The notes under the pieces were generated by a model. It was not told where the DNA came from, ran no database searches, and was given only the letters and a program-made list of their open reading frames with translations. This document shows positions 12,653 through 23,782 of a DNA stretch of 64,000 bases, piece after piece. Numbering within the stretch: position 1 is the stretch's first letter; every line of letters starts with the position of its first letter. The DNA is from Pristiophorus japonicus (lineage: Eukaryota). The stretch is taken from contig NW_027251778.1 in the NCBI RefSeq assembly GCF_044704955.1, positions 434,001 through 498,000 of the forward strand, written 5' to 3'. A program made the translations under genes and the position numbers.

Positions 12653-12666
12653 GTAGTTGTTGTCCC
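12653..12666 (-). other. TRBD: TRB diversity segment GGGACAACAACTAC
   Basis: 14 nt between a 5' 12-RSS and a 3' 23-RSS. It begins with the conserved D-beta core GGGACA and is open in all three frames (GTTT / GQQL / DNNY). Confidence 0.93.
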
Positions 12667-12694
12667 CACGGTGATACAACTGGGCTCAATAACA
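12667..12694 (+). other. D 5' 12-spacer RSS
   Basis: Heptamer CACGGTG at 12667-12673, 12-bp spacer, degenerate nonamer TCAATAACA at 12686-12694. Confidence 0.82.
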
Positions 12695-12769
12695 CAGCCC
12701 GGGCACACAGCCCGTCTCTGCTATCTCAATCGAGCAGCTTCTCATCTCTCTGCGTTGTATCCCTGGTTC

Positions 12770-13620
12770 TAACGTCTCTGTCTCTCCCTGTATCTCTCTG
12801 TCTCTCTCTCTGTCTCTATCTCTCCCTCTCTCTCTGTCTCTCTCTCCCCCTATCTCTCACTGTCGCTTTCTGTCTCTCTCTCACTCACTCTTCGTGTCTT
12901 TCTCCCTCTCTCTCTCCCTCTCTCTCTCTCTCCCTATCTCTCTCTGCCTATCTCTCTCTACCTATCTCTCTCTCGCTCTCTCATACTCGGCCTACCTCTC
13001 TCTCTCTCTCTCTCTCGCTCTCTCCGTGCGGTCTCTCTCTACGTCTCTCACTCTCTCTCTCTTGCTTCCTCTCTCTCTCTCTCTATCCCTATCTCTCTCT
13101 CTCTCCCTATCTCTCATTCGCTCGCTNNNNNNNNNNNNNNNNNNNNNNNNNNNNNNNNNNNNNNNNNNNNNNNNNNNNNNNNNNNNNNNNNNNNNNNNNN
13201 NNNNNNNNNNNNNNNNNNNNNNNNNNNNNNNNNNNNNNNNNNNNNNNNNNNNNNNNNNNNNNNNNNNNNNNNNNNNNNNNNGTTCTCTGTCTGTCACTGT
13301 CTGTTTCTGTCTGTCTCTCTCTCGGTCTCTGTCTGTCTCTCTCTCTCTCTGGCTCTCTCTCTGTCTGTCTCTCTCTCACTCTCTCGCTCTCTCTCTCTCT
13401 CTCTCGCTGTTGTCCCATATCTATCTCTATCTCGCTCCCTGTCTATTCCTTTATCTCTGTGTCTCTCTGCCTCTCTCTTTCTTTCTCTATCTTCCTATCT
13501 CTATCTCTGTCTCTCTTCCTTTATTTCTCTCTGTGATTCCCTATCTCTCACACTCTGTCAATCTCACTTTATCTCTTTCCATATTTCTCACTCTCTTTAA
13601 TTCACCACCTCTGTCTCTCG
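12770..13620. repeat. CT microsatellite tract with N gap
   Basis: Degenerate (CT)n. Confidence 0.9.
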
Positions 13621-13714
13621 TAAATCTTCAGTAAAACCCTATCTCTCCTGGAGGAGATATGCACAATATCAATGCAGCGTGTGGAGGAGCTGTCACGGTG
13701 ATGATCTATTGGAT

Positions 13715-16700
13715 AAGAATACAAGAAATTGGACCTCGAACCTGCTCCGCCATTTAATACGATCAAGGCTGAGCTGATCACGGACTCAACTCCACTTCCC
13801 TGCCCGCTCCCCATAACCTGTTATTTCCTTATCAGTGAAATAATTATCTCAGTCTTAATTTTTTTTCAGTGACACAGCTTCCACACATCTCTGACGCAGC
13901 GAATTCCACAGAATTCCAACCCTCTGAGAGCAGAAATTCCTCCTCAGCTAAGTTTTAAATGGGCGACTCGTTATTGTACGACTATGCCCTCTAGTTCTTG
14001 GGTCCCCTATGAGTGGAAACATATCTCTGAATCCTGCTTGTCGAGTCCCCTCATAAGCTTATACGTTTCGATAAGATCACCTCTCATTCTTCTGAACTTC
14101 AGTGAGTAGAGGCCCAACTTACTCAACCTTTCCTCATAAGTCAACCCCCTCATCTCCGGAATCAACCGAGTGAACCTTCTCTGAACTGCCCCCAACGCAA
14201 GTATATCCTTTCGTAAATACGGAGAACAAACTGTATGCGGTATTCCAGATGTGGCCTCACCAATACCCTGTATAACTGTAGCAGGACTTCCCTGCTTTTT
14301 TTCTCCATCCCCTTTGCAGTAAAGGCCAAGATTCTATTTGCCTTCCTGATCACTTGCTGTACCTGCATACTAACCTTTTGTGTTACCTGCACACGGCGCT
14401 CAAGGTCCCGCTGTACTGCAGCACTTTGCAATTTTGCTCTATTTAAATAATAACCTGCTCTTCGACTTATTTTCTGCCAGTTGTCGATTGTTGGGCAATG
14501 GCGCCCTCTGGTGGAGCGGTGAAGGGATGTTAGTGCTGGAGAACGGAACAAGAATATATTCGACAGATCAGGCGGCCTGAACTTTTGCAGCATCCCAACG
14601 CTTTTCACAAGAGAGGAAATCAGAAATGACACCGAAAGACATAAGGATAAGAAAGTTTGGCCAAAGAGGTGGTTATTAAGGAGTGAGTTACAGATATATT
14701 CGGCTTGGAGTGGGTGCAGCTCAGATTCATCAGAATGATGCTGTGACTACAAGGGTTAAATTACAAGGACAGTTAATTGCAGCTAATACTCTGGTAAATT
14801 ATCGACCTGGTTGGGAAGAATGGTGAGTGGCAGGAGGCAGGCGGTAAAGTATAATGGGTAATTATTCAAATTGACTGAATGTGACTTAATGGTGCCCCGC
14901 AGAGATATTTGTTGGGTCCTCAACCAGTCTCAGTAATTATTAACGAATTGCATGAGAGAAACATAGAAATTTACAGCGCAGAAGGAGGTCATTTTGACCC
15001 ATCGTGTCCGCGCCTGCCGATAAAGAGCTGCACGGCCCTCGGTCGGCAGCCCTGAAGGTTACGTAAAAACCAATGAACAATGAACAATGGCGGAAAGGTA
15101 AAGAGCAGCCAGCCCAACCAGTCCGCCCCACAGAACTACTACACCCCTTATACTAAAACATACTCCACCCCGCCCCAAACGGAGCCATAGGATCTCCTGA
15201 GAAAGGCATAAACCAGGTAAAAACTCAGGCCTATTGGGGGAAATGAATTCTGGGACAATTCCTCTCTGACCCACTCAGGCGATCGACACTAGTCCAGGAG
15301 ATCACCCTGGCCGTGTTCGATTCCCCGCAGTACTTACCATTATCCCTGCACCGTCCAACAAAAGGTCATCCAGTCTAATCCCAATTACCAGCTCTTGGTC
15401 CGTAACCATGCAAGTTACGGCACTTCAAGTGCCCATCCATGCAAATTGTTAACGTGGTGAGGCTTTCTGCACCCACCACCCTTCCAAGCAGTGAGTTCCA
15501 GAGCCCCACAACCACATGCTTGAAGAAGCTTCCGCTCAAATCCCCTCTGAACCTTCCACCAACCACCTTAGAGCTATGTCCCCTCGTCAAGGACTTATCC
15601 ACCAAGGGAAATACGCCCTTGCTTTTCGTTATATGCAGGCCCCTCAATATTTTATACACCTCGATGAGGTCTCCTGTCAGCCTCCTCTGTTCTAAGGAGA
15701 ACAAACTCAGCCTATCCAATCGATCCTCATAGCTTAGTTTCTCCATTCCAGGCAGCATCCTAGTAAATCCCCTCTGCACCCTCTCTCGTGCAATCACGTA
15801 CATCCTATAATACGGTGACCTCCACGCAGTAGTCCAGCTGTGGCACAACCAGTATATGATACCATTTAAGCATAACACCCCTGCTCTTGTATTTTATGTC
15901 TCGGCCAATAAAAGCAAGCAACCCGCATGCCTTCTTAACCAATTTATCCACCTGGCCTGCTACTTTCATGAATCTGTGGACAAGTACTCCAAGGTCCCTT
16001 TGTTCATCTGCACTTTAAAGTGGCCTACAATTTAACGTGTATACGCTTTCCTTGTTTGCCCTCAAGTGCATTACCTCACACTTAATGAGAACACAAGAAC
16101 ATAAGAAATAGGAACAGGAGTAAGCCATACGGCCCCTCGAGCCTGCTCCACCATTTAATGCGATCATGGCTGATCCAATCATGGACTCAGGTCCACTTCT
16201 CTGTCCGCTCCCCATAACCCCTTATTCCATTATCATTTAAGAAACTGTCTATTTCTGTCTTAAATGTATTCAATGACTCAGCTTTCACAGTTATCTGAGG
16301 CAGCGAATTCCTCTGAGAGAAGAAATTTCTCCTCATCTCAGTTTTAAATCGGTGGCCCCTTATTCTAAGATCATGCCCCCTAGTTTTGGTCTCCGCCACC
16401 AATTGAAACATCCTCTCTGCGTCCACCACGTCAAGCCCTCTCATTATCTTATACATTTCCATAAGATCACCTCATTCTTCTGAATTCCAATGAGTAGAAG
16501 CCCAACCTCCTCAACCTTTCCTCATAAGTCAACCCCCTCATCCGCGGAATCAACCGAGTGAACCTTCCCTGAACTGCCTCCAAAGCAAGTATATCCTTTC
16601 GTAAATACGGAAACCAAATCTGCACGCAGTATTACAGTAATCCACTTCTTCGAATTAATTTACATTTGCCACTGCACTGCCCACCTGACCAGTAGATTGA

Positions 16701-17530
16701 TATCTTCCCGCAGCCCATGACTGTCCTCTTCATTATCAACCACACATCCAATTTTTGTGTCATTTGCACACTTCTTAATCATAATCATTCTAGGTTTCTA
16801 TGCAAATGTGAAGGTATCCATTTTCCAGGATAGAACTGGGTACTTTCTAAATGGCGAAAAGCGAAACAAAATGGATGTCCAAAGAGATATTGAGGGTGTA
16901 GGTACATACATCATTAAAATGACATGAACTACGACAGAATTAATCAGAAAGCCGAATGTGATACTGCACTTTATATCCAGAGGACTAGAATAGAACGGGG
17001 GTAGAAGTTATCCTGCAGCTATACAAAACTCTGGTTATACCACACCTGGAGCACTTTGAGTAATTCTGGGCACCACACCTCAAGAATTAAAAATTTTCTA
17101 TGGAGGGAGTGCAGCGTTGGTTTGCCAGAATGATATCAGGACTCCAAGCATTAAGTTACGAGGAAAGATTACACAAATTGCTGTCATACACTCTGGAATT
17201 TAGAAGATTTAAGTGGCGATGTGATCGAAGTTTTCAAGATATTAAGGGGGCCAGGTAGAGAGAATTTTTTCCCGCTGTCTGGGTATTCTCAGACTCGGGG
17301 GCAGACTGTAGAAATGAGAGCCATTCCTTTCAGGAGTGAAATTAGAAAACATTGTTTTCTAAAACAAAGGGCAGTAAAAGCTTGGAGCTCTTGATCGATT
17401 GATCGATTGTTAATTTTAAATTGGAGATTGATAGCTTTATGTTAACCAAAGATATTAAGGGATATGGGTCCAAGGCGGGTATTTGGACCTAGGTCGCAGA
17501 TCAGCCATGATCTCAGTGGTTGGTGGAACA
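13715..17530. mobile_element. Cluster of decayed CR1-type LINE fragments (both strands)
   Basis: Several RT C-terminal fragments (14007-14450, 15375-15878 and 16187-16640 on minus; 16850-17530 on plus). A short unique island sits at ~14480-14640. Confidence 0.75.
14499..14517 (-). promoter_or_regulatory. Putative CTCF-binding site between the V array and D
   Basis: The minus strand has CCACCAGAGGGCGC (14514-14501), a near-perfect CTCF core in a short non-repeat island. Confidence 0.65.
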
Positions 17531-17535
17531 GGATG

Positions 17536-18075
17536 AAGGGCTGAATGGGCCTCCTCCTGTTCCTGTGTAACAGAATCGAGGGGCTGAATGGGCCTCCTGT
17601 TCCTGTGTAACAGGCTCGAGGGGCTGAATGGGCCTCCTCCTGTTCCTGTGTAACCGGCTCGAGGGACTGAATGGGCCTCCTCCTGTTCCTGTGTAACCGG
17701 CTCGAGAGGCCGAATGGGCCACCTCCTGTTCCTGTGTAATGGAATCGAGGGGCTGAATGGGTCTCCTCCTGTTCCTGTGTAACAGAATCGAGGGGCTGAA
17801 TGAGCGTCCTCCTGTTCCTGTGTAACCGGCACTAGAGGCTGAATGGGCTTCCTCCTGATCCTGTGTAATCGGCTCGAGGGGCTGAATGAGCCTCCTCCTG
17901 TTCCTGTGTAACATGCACGTGGGGCCGAATGGGCCTCCTCCTGTTCCTGTGTAACAGGCTCGGGGACCTGACTGGGCCTTCTCCTGTTCCTGTGTAATAG
18001 GCGCGAGGGGCTAACTGGCCTCCTGCTGTTCCTGCGTACCAGGCTCGAGGGGCTAACTGGCCTACTCTTGTTCCT
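17536..18075 (+). repeat. 41-44-bp minisatellite, ~12 copies
   Basis: Unit GGGGCTGAATGGGCCTCCTCCTGTTCCTGTGTAACAGGCTCGA, matching the LINE 3' tail. Confidence 0.9.
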
Positions 18076-19345
18076 ATGCACGTTTATTTTCAAATCCTTC
18101 TAAGGCCTCCAACTTCCCTATCTCTGCAATATCCCCACCACCATCCTGCGAGAGATCTGCGCTCTTCTAATTCTGGCCTCTTGAGAATCCCCCTATTTCC
18201 ATCTCTCCACCATTGGTGCCCGTGCCTTCTATTGCCTGGGCCCCAAGCTCTGGAACTCCCTCCCTAAACCTTTCTACCTCCCTCTCTCCTCCTTCAAGAC
18301 CCTCCTTAAAACCGACCTCTTTGACAAAGCTTTTGGTCACCTTTCTTTCTTTCACTCTCTCTTTCTAACCTTCTTTGTTTCTTCCATTTACTCGATCCTT
18401 TTTTCATGTTTTAATTGTCTCTTTCTCTCATTATTTCCTTCTATCCTTCTTTCTTACTTGCTTCCATTTACTCTTTCTATCTTTCTTTCGTTCTTTCTTT
18501 CTATACTTCTTTCTACCTTCCTATCTTTCTCTCGTTCTTTCCTTCTTTCCTTCTCTCCTTCTTTCTCTCTATATTCTCCCTTCCTTTCTTTCATTCTTAA
18601 TTTTTCTGTTCACTTATAACCTTCCCTCTTTCCTACTTACTTTCTGTGTCTGTGTTTCGTTCTATCATTCTTTTTTTCATTACTTTCTTTCTGTTACTCT
18701 TTCTCTAAATCAGTTTCCCTTCCATCGAATCAAACTCTCAATGTTTCTTTAATCCTTTCTCTCCCTTTCATTGTTTATGATTATTTCCCTCTACTGCCCA
18801 TTGATGTTATTTCTTCCTCACTTTAATTCTTTCCATTTTCCTTTATTTCTCCCACTTTCAGTTCCTCTTTCTCTTTTTTACTTTCTTTTGTTCATTCTTG
18901 ATCCTATTTTACTTTTTATCCCCTCCCTTGCATTCCCGTTGGCTTCCTTTCATTTCTCATTCCACTACTTCAATTTTTATCTTTCTTTCATCCAATTCTT
19001 TATTTCCAGCTACGGTTTATTCTGTCAGCCTATCTCTCCAACTCGAGTGGATCAAATCTGATCTCTGCTGCCCGCTGCTGACTATTATGTTACATGTTCG
19101 TCCCCTTGCCGAGCGTGTCCAACTGCAGATATCGTGTACAGACACTCAGACAGACAGTCAGACAGACATGCAGATACATGGATAGATTGATATAGAGATA
19201 GATGGATAGATTGTTAATGAATATACGGATGGACGGACAGACGGATAAACAGACACAGAAGCAAACAGACAGATCTATCTCCCACAGATTTTTCCAACCA
19301 TGGGAGGGTTTGTGTCGAGCCCCTCCATCTCCCTGAGTCACTGTG

Positions 19346-20348
19346 CAGACTCCAGGCGCAGTAATACACGGCCGACTGATCCGCCCGCAGGCCGGAGGTC
19401 TCCAGGTAGAAGTGGGTGTTGTCGGGTCTCTTGGCGGTGAATCCGACCACCTCACCGGAGGGGTCGACCATTTTGGCGTAACTGGAAATGAAAAGTTTCT
19501 GAGGCTCCCGGTCAGGATGCCACCGGTACCAGTAGAAATACGAGTTAACTTCCGCTTCTGTGTAAAGACACTCGATGCTAACCGGAGTGCCCGGGGAATT
19601 GGATATGGAAGCGGGGGTCTGTTTGATCAGCACGGCCCCCACATCTGTAAAACCGAGAAAGAGAGAAGTTCAGAGACAGAGTTGAAGCCAGGGAGAAATG
19701 GCTAATAGACACCCGCCAGAGGAGGGGAGAGAGAGTGAAGGGAAGAGGGGGCAAGAGAGGCAGAGAGACAGAGCGAGATGGAGAGAGCCAGTGAAGTGGG
19801 CCAGCGGGACAGACAGAGAGAGAGAGAGGCAAAGATAGAGAGAGAATGAGATAAAGAGAGAGAGAGATAAACCGAGCGACAAACTACACATCACTCGAGA
19901 TGAGAAGGCGCACATGAAGAGNNNNNNNNNNNNNNNNNNNNNNNNNNNNNNNNNNNNNNNNNNNNNNNNNNNNNNNNNNNNNNNNNNNNNNNNNNNNNNN
20001 NNNNNNNNNNNNNNNNNNNNNNNNNNNNNNNNNNNNNNNNNNNNNNNNNNNNNNNNNNNNNNNNNNNNNAATAGAGACAGAGAGAGACACAGACAGACAG
20101 AGACAGAAGAGAGTGGCAGTGAGGGTGGGAGACAGAGAGAAGGAGACAGACAGACAGACAGAGAACACACTATAAACCGAGGGGGAGAGAATCTAGACCA
20201 GCCCGCGGTGTGAAGGGACACACGGGGAAATTAAAGTGAGGATCGCTGAGATCTCACAGCCCAGCTCCACCTTACCCGTTAACACCAGCAACACAAGCCA
20301 GAGCTGGGACATAGGCATCTCTGGGGGGAGGGAGATCCGGGGGTTCAT
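19346..20348 (-). CDS. TRBV: TRB V segment V1, family A, intact
   Basis: Leader exon 20276-20348 (MNPRISLPPEMPMSQLWLVLLVLT, gtaagg donor). V exon 19346-19644 (DVGAVLIKQTP..C..WYRW..YYCAWSL). RSS CACAGTG-23-ACACAAACC at 19307-19345. Confidence 0.93.
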
Positions 20349-20430
20349 GGTGTGCAACCTTTGAATATCTCACAGTTCTGGGCAATGTGGCATTTACTGA
20401 CCCCCTGCTCTCCAATGTTCAATGTGCGGG

Positions 20431-20503
20431 TGGGAGGGGCCAATCTCTCTTCACCAGTTCATTGGCTCCCTCATCTGGAGTGGTCTTTACCGGGGCGGGG
20501 CTA
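20431..20503 (-). promoter_or_regulatory. Family A V promoter (CCAAT boxes and GC box)
   Basis: GGGGCCAATC, ATTGG and GGGGCGGGGC lie 80-155 bp upstream of the ATG. This region is largely conserved upstream of the other family A leaders. Confidence 0.5.
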
Positions 20504-22139
20504 ACAGGGACTGAGGTTAAAGGGCGGTCCATGGACCCTTCGTCTGAGAGGGCAGTGATGGTGAAAAGAGAAGTATACTGTGAGTCTGACTCACTCTCAG
20601 GGTTTATTCAGGGAATGAGAGGTTTTAACTCTGTATATAACCAGTAAGAGAGAGATTTATCCCCACATAACAAGTTAGGCGTGGACTTTACTCTGAATGT
20701 AATAAAAATGCAGGTCTTCCTTTGCTTTTCCTTTCTTTCTAACCTTCCCTCTTTTTTTCCTTCTTTCCATCATTCGCTTTCCTTCTTTCTTTCATCCACT
20801 CCTTCTTCCCTTCGTTCTCTCTTTCTCACTTTCTCTCTTTCTTTCAGTTACACATTCTGTCCTTTCTTTTCTTTTTTCCTATCTGTATTATTTTCGTCTT
20901 TCTTTCAGGCTCTCTTTCTTTTGTTATTCTTTCTTTCTTTTCTTCTTTTCTCCTTCTTTCTTTCTTTTTTTCTTTCTTACTTTATGTCTCTCCGTCTCTC
21001 CTGTTTCTTTCTGTCTACCCTTTTTTCTTTCTTTCAGTATTTCTTTCCTCCGTTCCTTCGTTTTCTTTTGATTTATTTCCGTCTTCCAATAAATGTTTAT
21101 TATCTTCTATCTTTCCCCTTTTCTTCCCCAGTCTCACTTTCTTTCTTTCACTCTCTGTTTATACCTTTTTTCTTTCTTCCATTTACACTTTCTATACATC
21201 TTTCTTTCTGCAATTGTCTCTTTGTATCGTTCTTTCCTTCTATACTTCTTTCTTACTTTCTTTATTTCTTTCATTTACTCATTCTCTCCATTTTTAGTGA
21301 ATTAATTCATTCTCTCTTTCTATCCTTCTCTCTATCTTGCTTTCTTTCTCTCTTTCTTATCTGCTTTCCTTCTTTCTCTCTCACCTATCACTTTTTCTCT
21401 CCTTCTTATTTTACCTTTTCATTTCTAACCTTCCCTCTTTCCTACTTCATTTCTTTCTGTCCGTTTTTTCTCCTCTGTTTCGATCTATTTACATTATTTC
21501 TGTAACTCTTTCTCTAAATCTGTTTTACTTTCATCGAATCAAACTCTCAATGTTTCTTCCATCCTTTCTCTCCCTTTCAATGTTCATCATTATTTCCCTC
21601 TCCTGCCCGTTGATGTTATTTCAGCCTTTATTTCTTGCTTACGTTAATTCTCTCCCTTTTTCTTTAATTTACACATTCTCTTTCTTTCTTTCTTTCCTTT
21701 TTTCTTTCATTCATTAGTTCCTTCTATCTTTCAGGCTCTCTTTCTTTATGTGTTCTTTCTCTCTTTGTTCTTTAATTTTTCTTTCTTTTTTTTCCTTCGA
21801 TCTTTCTTTCTTTCAGACTCTCTTTCTTTCTTTCCTTCTTTGTTTCCTTCATTCTTGACCTTTTTTATTTTACTCCCCACCCTTGCATTCCTTTTCACGT
21901 CCTTTAATTTTTCAGACCGCTCCTTCAGCTTTTATCTTTCTTTCATCCAATGAAAATTACTTTATTAGAGCTATGGTTTATTCTTTCATTCCATCTCTCC
22001 AACTCGAGAGGATCAAAAGTGATCTATGCTGCCCCCTGCTGACCATTATATTACATGCTCCTCCCCTCCACGTCCAAGTCCAACGACAGGTATTGTGTAC
22101 AGGCAGAAAGACAGATAGACAGATCGATAGCTAGATAGA

Positions 22140-22147
22140 TCGATTGC

Positions 22148-22226
<79 letters not shown>
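22140..22226 (+). repeat. (GATA)n microsatellite
   Basis: Perfect agat run. Another lies at 50551-50625. Confidence 0.95.
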
Positions 22227-22227
<1 letters not shown>

Positions 22228-22573
22228 GACTCAAAGACAGACAGATAGATAGAGAGTCAGATAGACACATACCATGGGGAAATAGACATAAAAACAGAAC
22301 ATAGAAAACGAGACAGATCTATCTCAAACAGTTGGCTCCTGTCCCCTTTGAAATAGGTAGGTAGACAGATGGACAGGCAGACAAACAGACAGATGGATAG
22401 ATGGTATTGCTGTTTAGACAACCGACACACAGATAGACATTTCGACTCAGAGATAAATGGGTAAGGAGACAGAGAAACAGATGCACAGACAACGAGAATG
22501 ATCTGTCGCCAACAAGTGTTTCCTGCCATGGTGGGGTTTGTGTCGAGCCCCTCCATCTCCGTGAGTCACTGTG

Positions 22574-23378
22574 CATACTCCAGGCGCAGTAATACACGGC
22601 TGCCTGATCCGCCCGCAGGCCGGAGGTCTTCAGGATGAACTCCATGGCATTCGTTCGCTCTGCAGTAAAACCGTGCACCGTCCCCTCTGGATTGACCTGA
22701 TTGTGGCCCGTGGAGTAAAACATAAACTGCGGCTCCTTCCACGGGTCCTGTCTGTACCAGAACATGTAACCGCTACTGGTGCCCTTCACAGCACACATCA
22801 GGTCCACTCCCTCCCCGGGAAATCTGGAGACAGCGGGCGGAGTCTGGCGGATAGTCTGTGAGCTCACGCCTGGGAAAGAGATGGGGAGAGGAGGTGGTCA
22901 GTAAACAGGGNNNNNNNNNNNNNNNNNNNNNNNNNNNNNNNNNNNNNNNNNNNNNNNNNNNNNNNNNNNNNNNNNNNNNNNNNNNNNNNNNNNNNNNNNN
23001 NNNNNNNNNNNNNNNNNNNNNNNNNNNNNNNNNNNNNNNNNNNNNNNNNNNNNNNNNNNNNNNNNNNNNNNNNNNNNNNNNNNNNNNNNNNNNNNNNNNN
23101 NNNNNNNNNNNNNNNNNNNNNNNNNNNNNNNNNNNNNNNNNNNNNNNNNNNNNNNNNNNNNNNNNNNNNNNNNNNNNNNNNNNNNNNNNNNNNNNNNNNN
23201 NNNNNNNNNNNNNNNNNNNNNNNNNNNNNNNNNNNNNNNNNNNNNNNNNNNNNNNNNNNNNNNNNNNNNNNNNNNNNNNNNNNNNNNNAAAAAGTATAGA
23301 AAGAATATTATAAAGAATGATTGTTTGAAAAAGTCCCTTACGGTGGAGTAAGACCATTAGGCCCAGTAATAGATACAT
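22574..23378 (-). CDS. TRBV: TRB V segment V2, family B, intact
   Basis: Leader 23342-23378 (MYLLLGLMVLLH, gtaagg donor). V exon 22574-22869 (VSSQTIRQTP..CAVKG..WYRQ..YYCAWSM). 23-RSS at 22535-22573. The intron contains an N gap. Confidence 0.92.
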
Positions 23379-23445
23379 CTTTGACTTGAAGTTTTCCCTC
23401 AATAATGAAAGGAGCGAGAGCAGCAGAGTAGAGTCTGTGAGGGCC

Positions 23446-23782
23446 CCGTCCCTCCGACTCTGATGGGCAGTCCGGCCGCTCTCCCTCTGATGGGCAGCCC
23501 AGCCCCTCCCCCTCTGTAGGGCAGCCCAGCCCCTCCCCCTCTGATGGACAGCCCAGCCCCTCCCCCTCTGAATGGCAGCCAGGCCCCTCTCCCTCTGATG
23601 TGCAGCCCAGCCCCTCTCCCTCTGATGTGCAGCCCGGCCCCTCCCCCTCTGATGGACAGCCCAGCCCCTCCCCCTCTGATGGGCAGCCCAGCCCCTCCCC
23701 CTCTGATGGACAGCCCAGCCCCTCCCCCTCTGATGGGCAGCCCGGCCCCTCCCCCTCTGATGGACAACCCGGCTCCTCTCTG
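23446..23782. repeat. 27-bp GC-rich minisatellite, ~12 copies, in the V2 promoter position
   Basis: Unit TGATGGGCAGCCCAGCCCCTCCCCCTC. Confidence 0.9.

Noticed and set aside
14530-14580. LENGTRIYS as a possible J segment
   Set aside because: It lacks FGxG, an RSS and a donor, and it is on the wrong strand.
19343-19705. Plus-strand ORFs over V exons (MQTPGAVIH...)
   Set aside because: They are antisense shadows of GC-rich V coding sequence.
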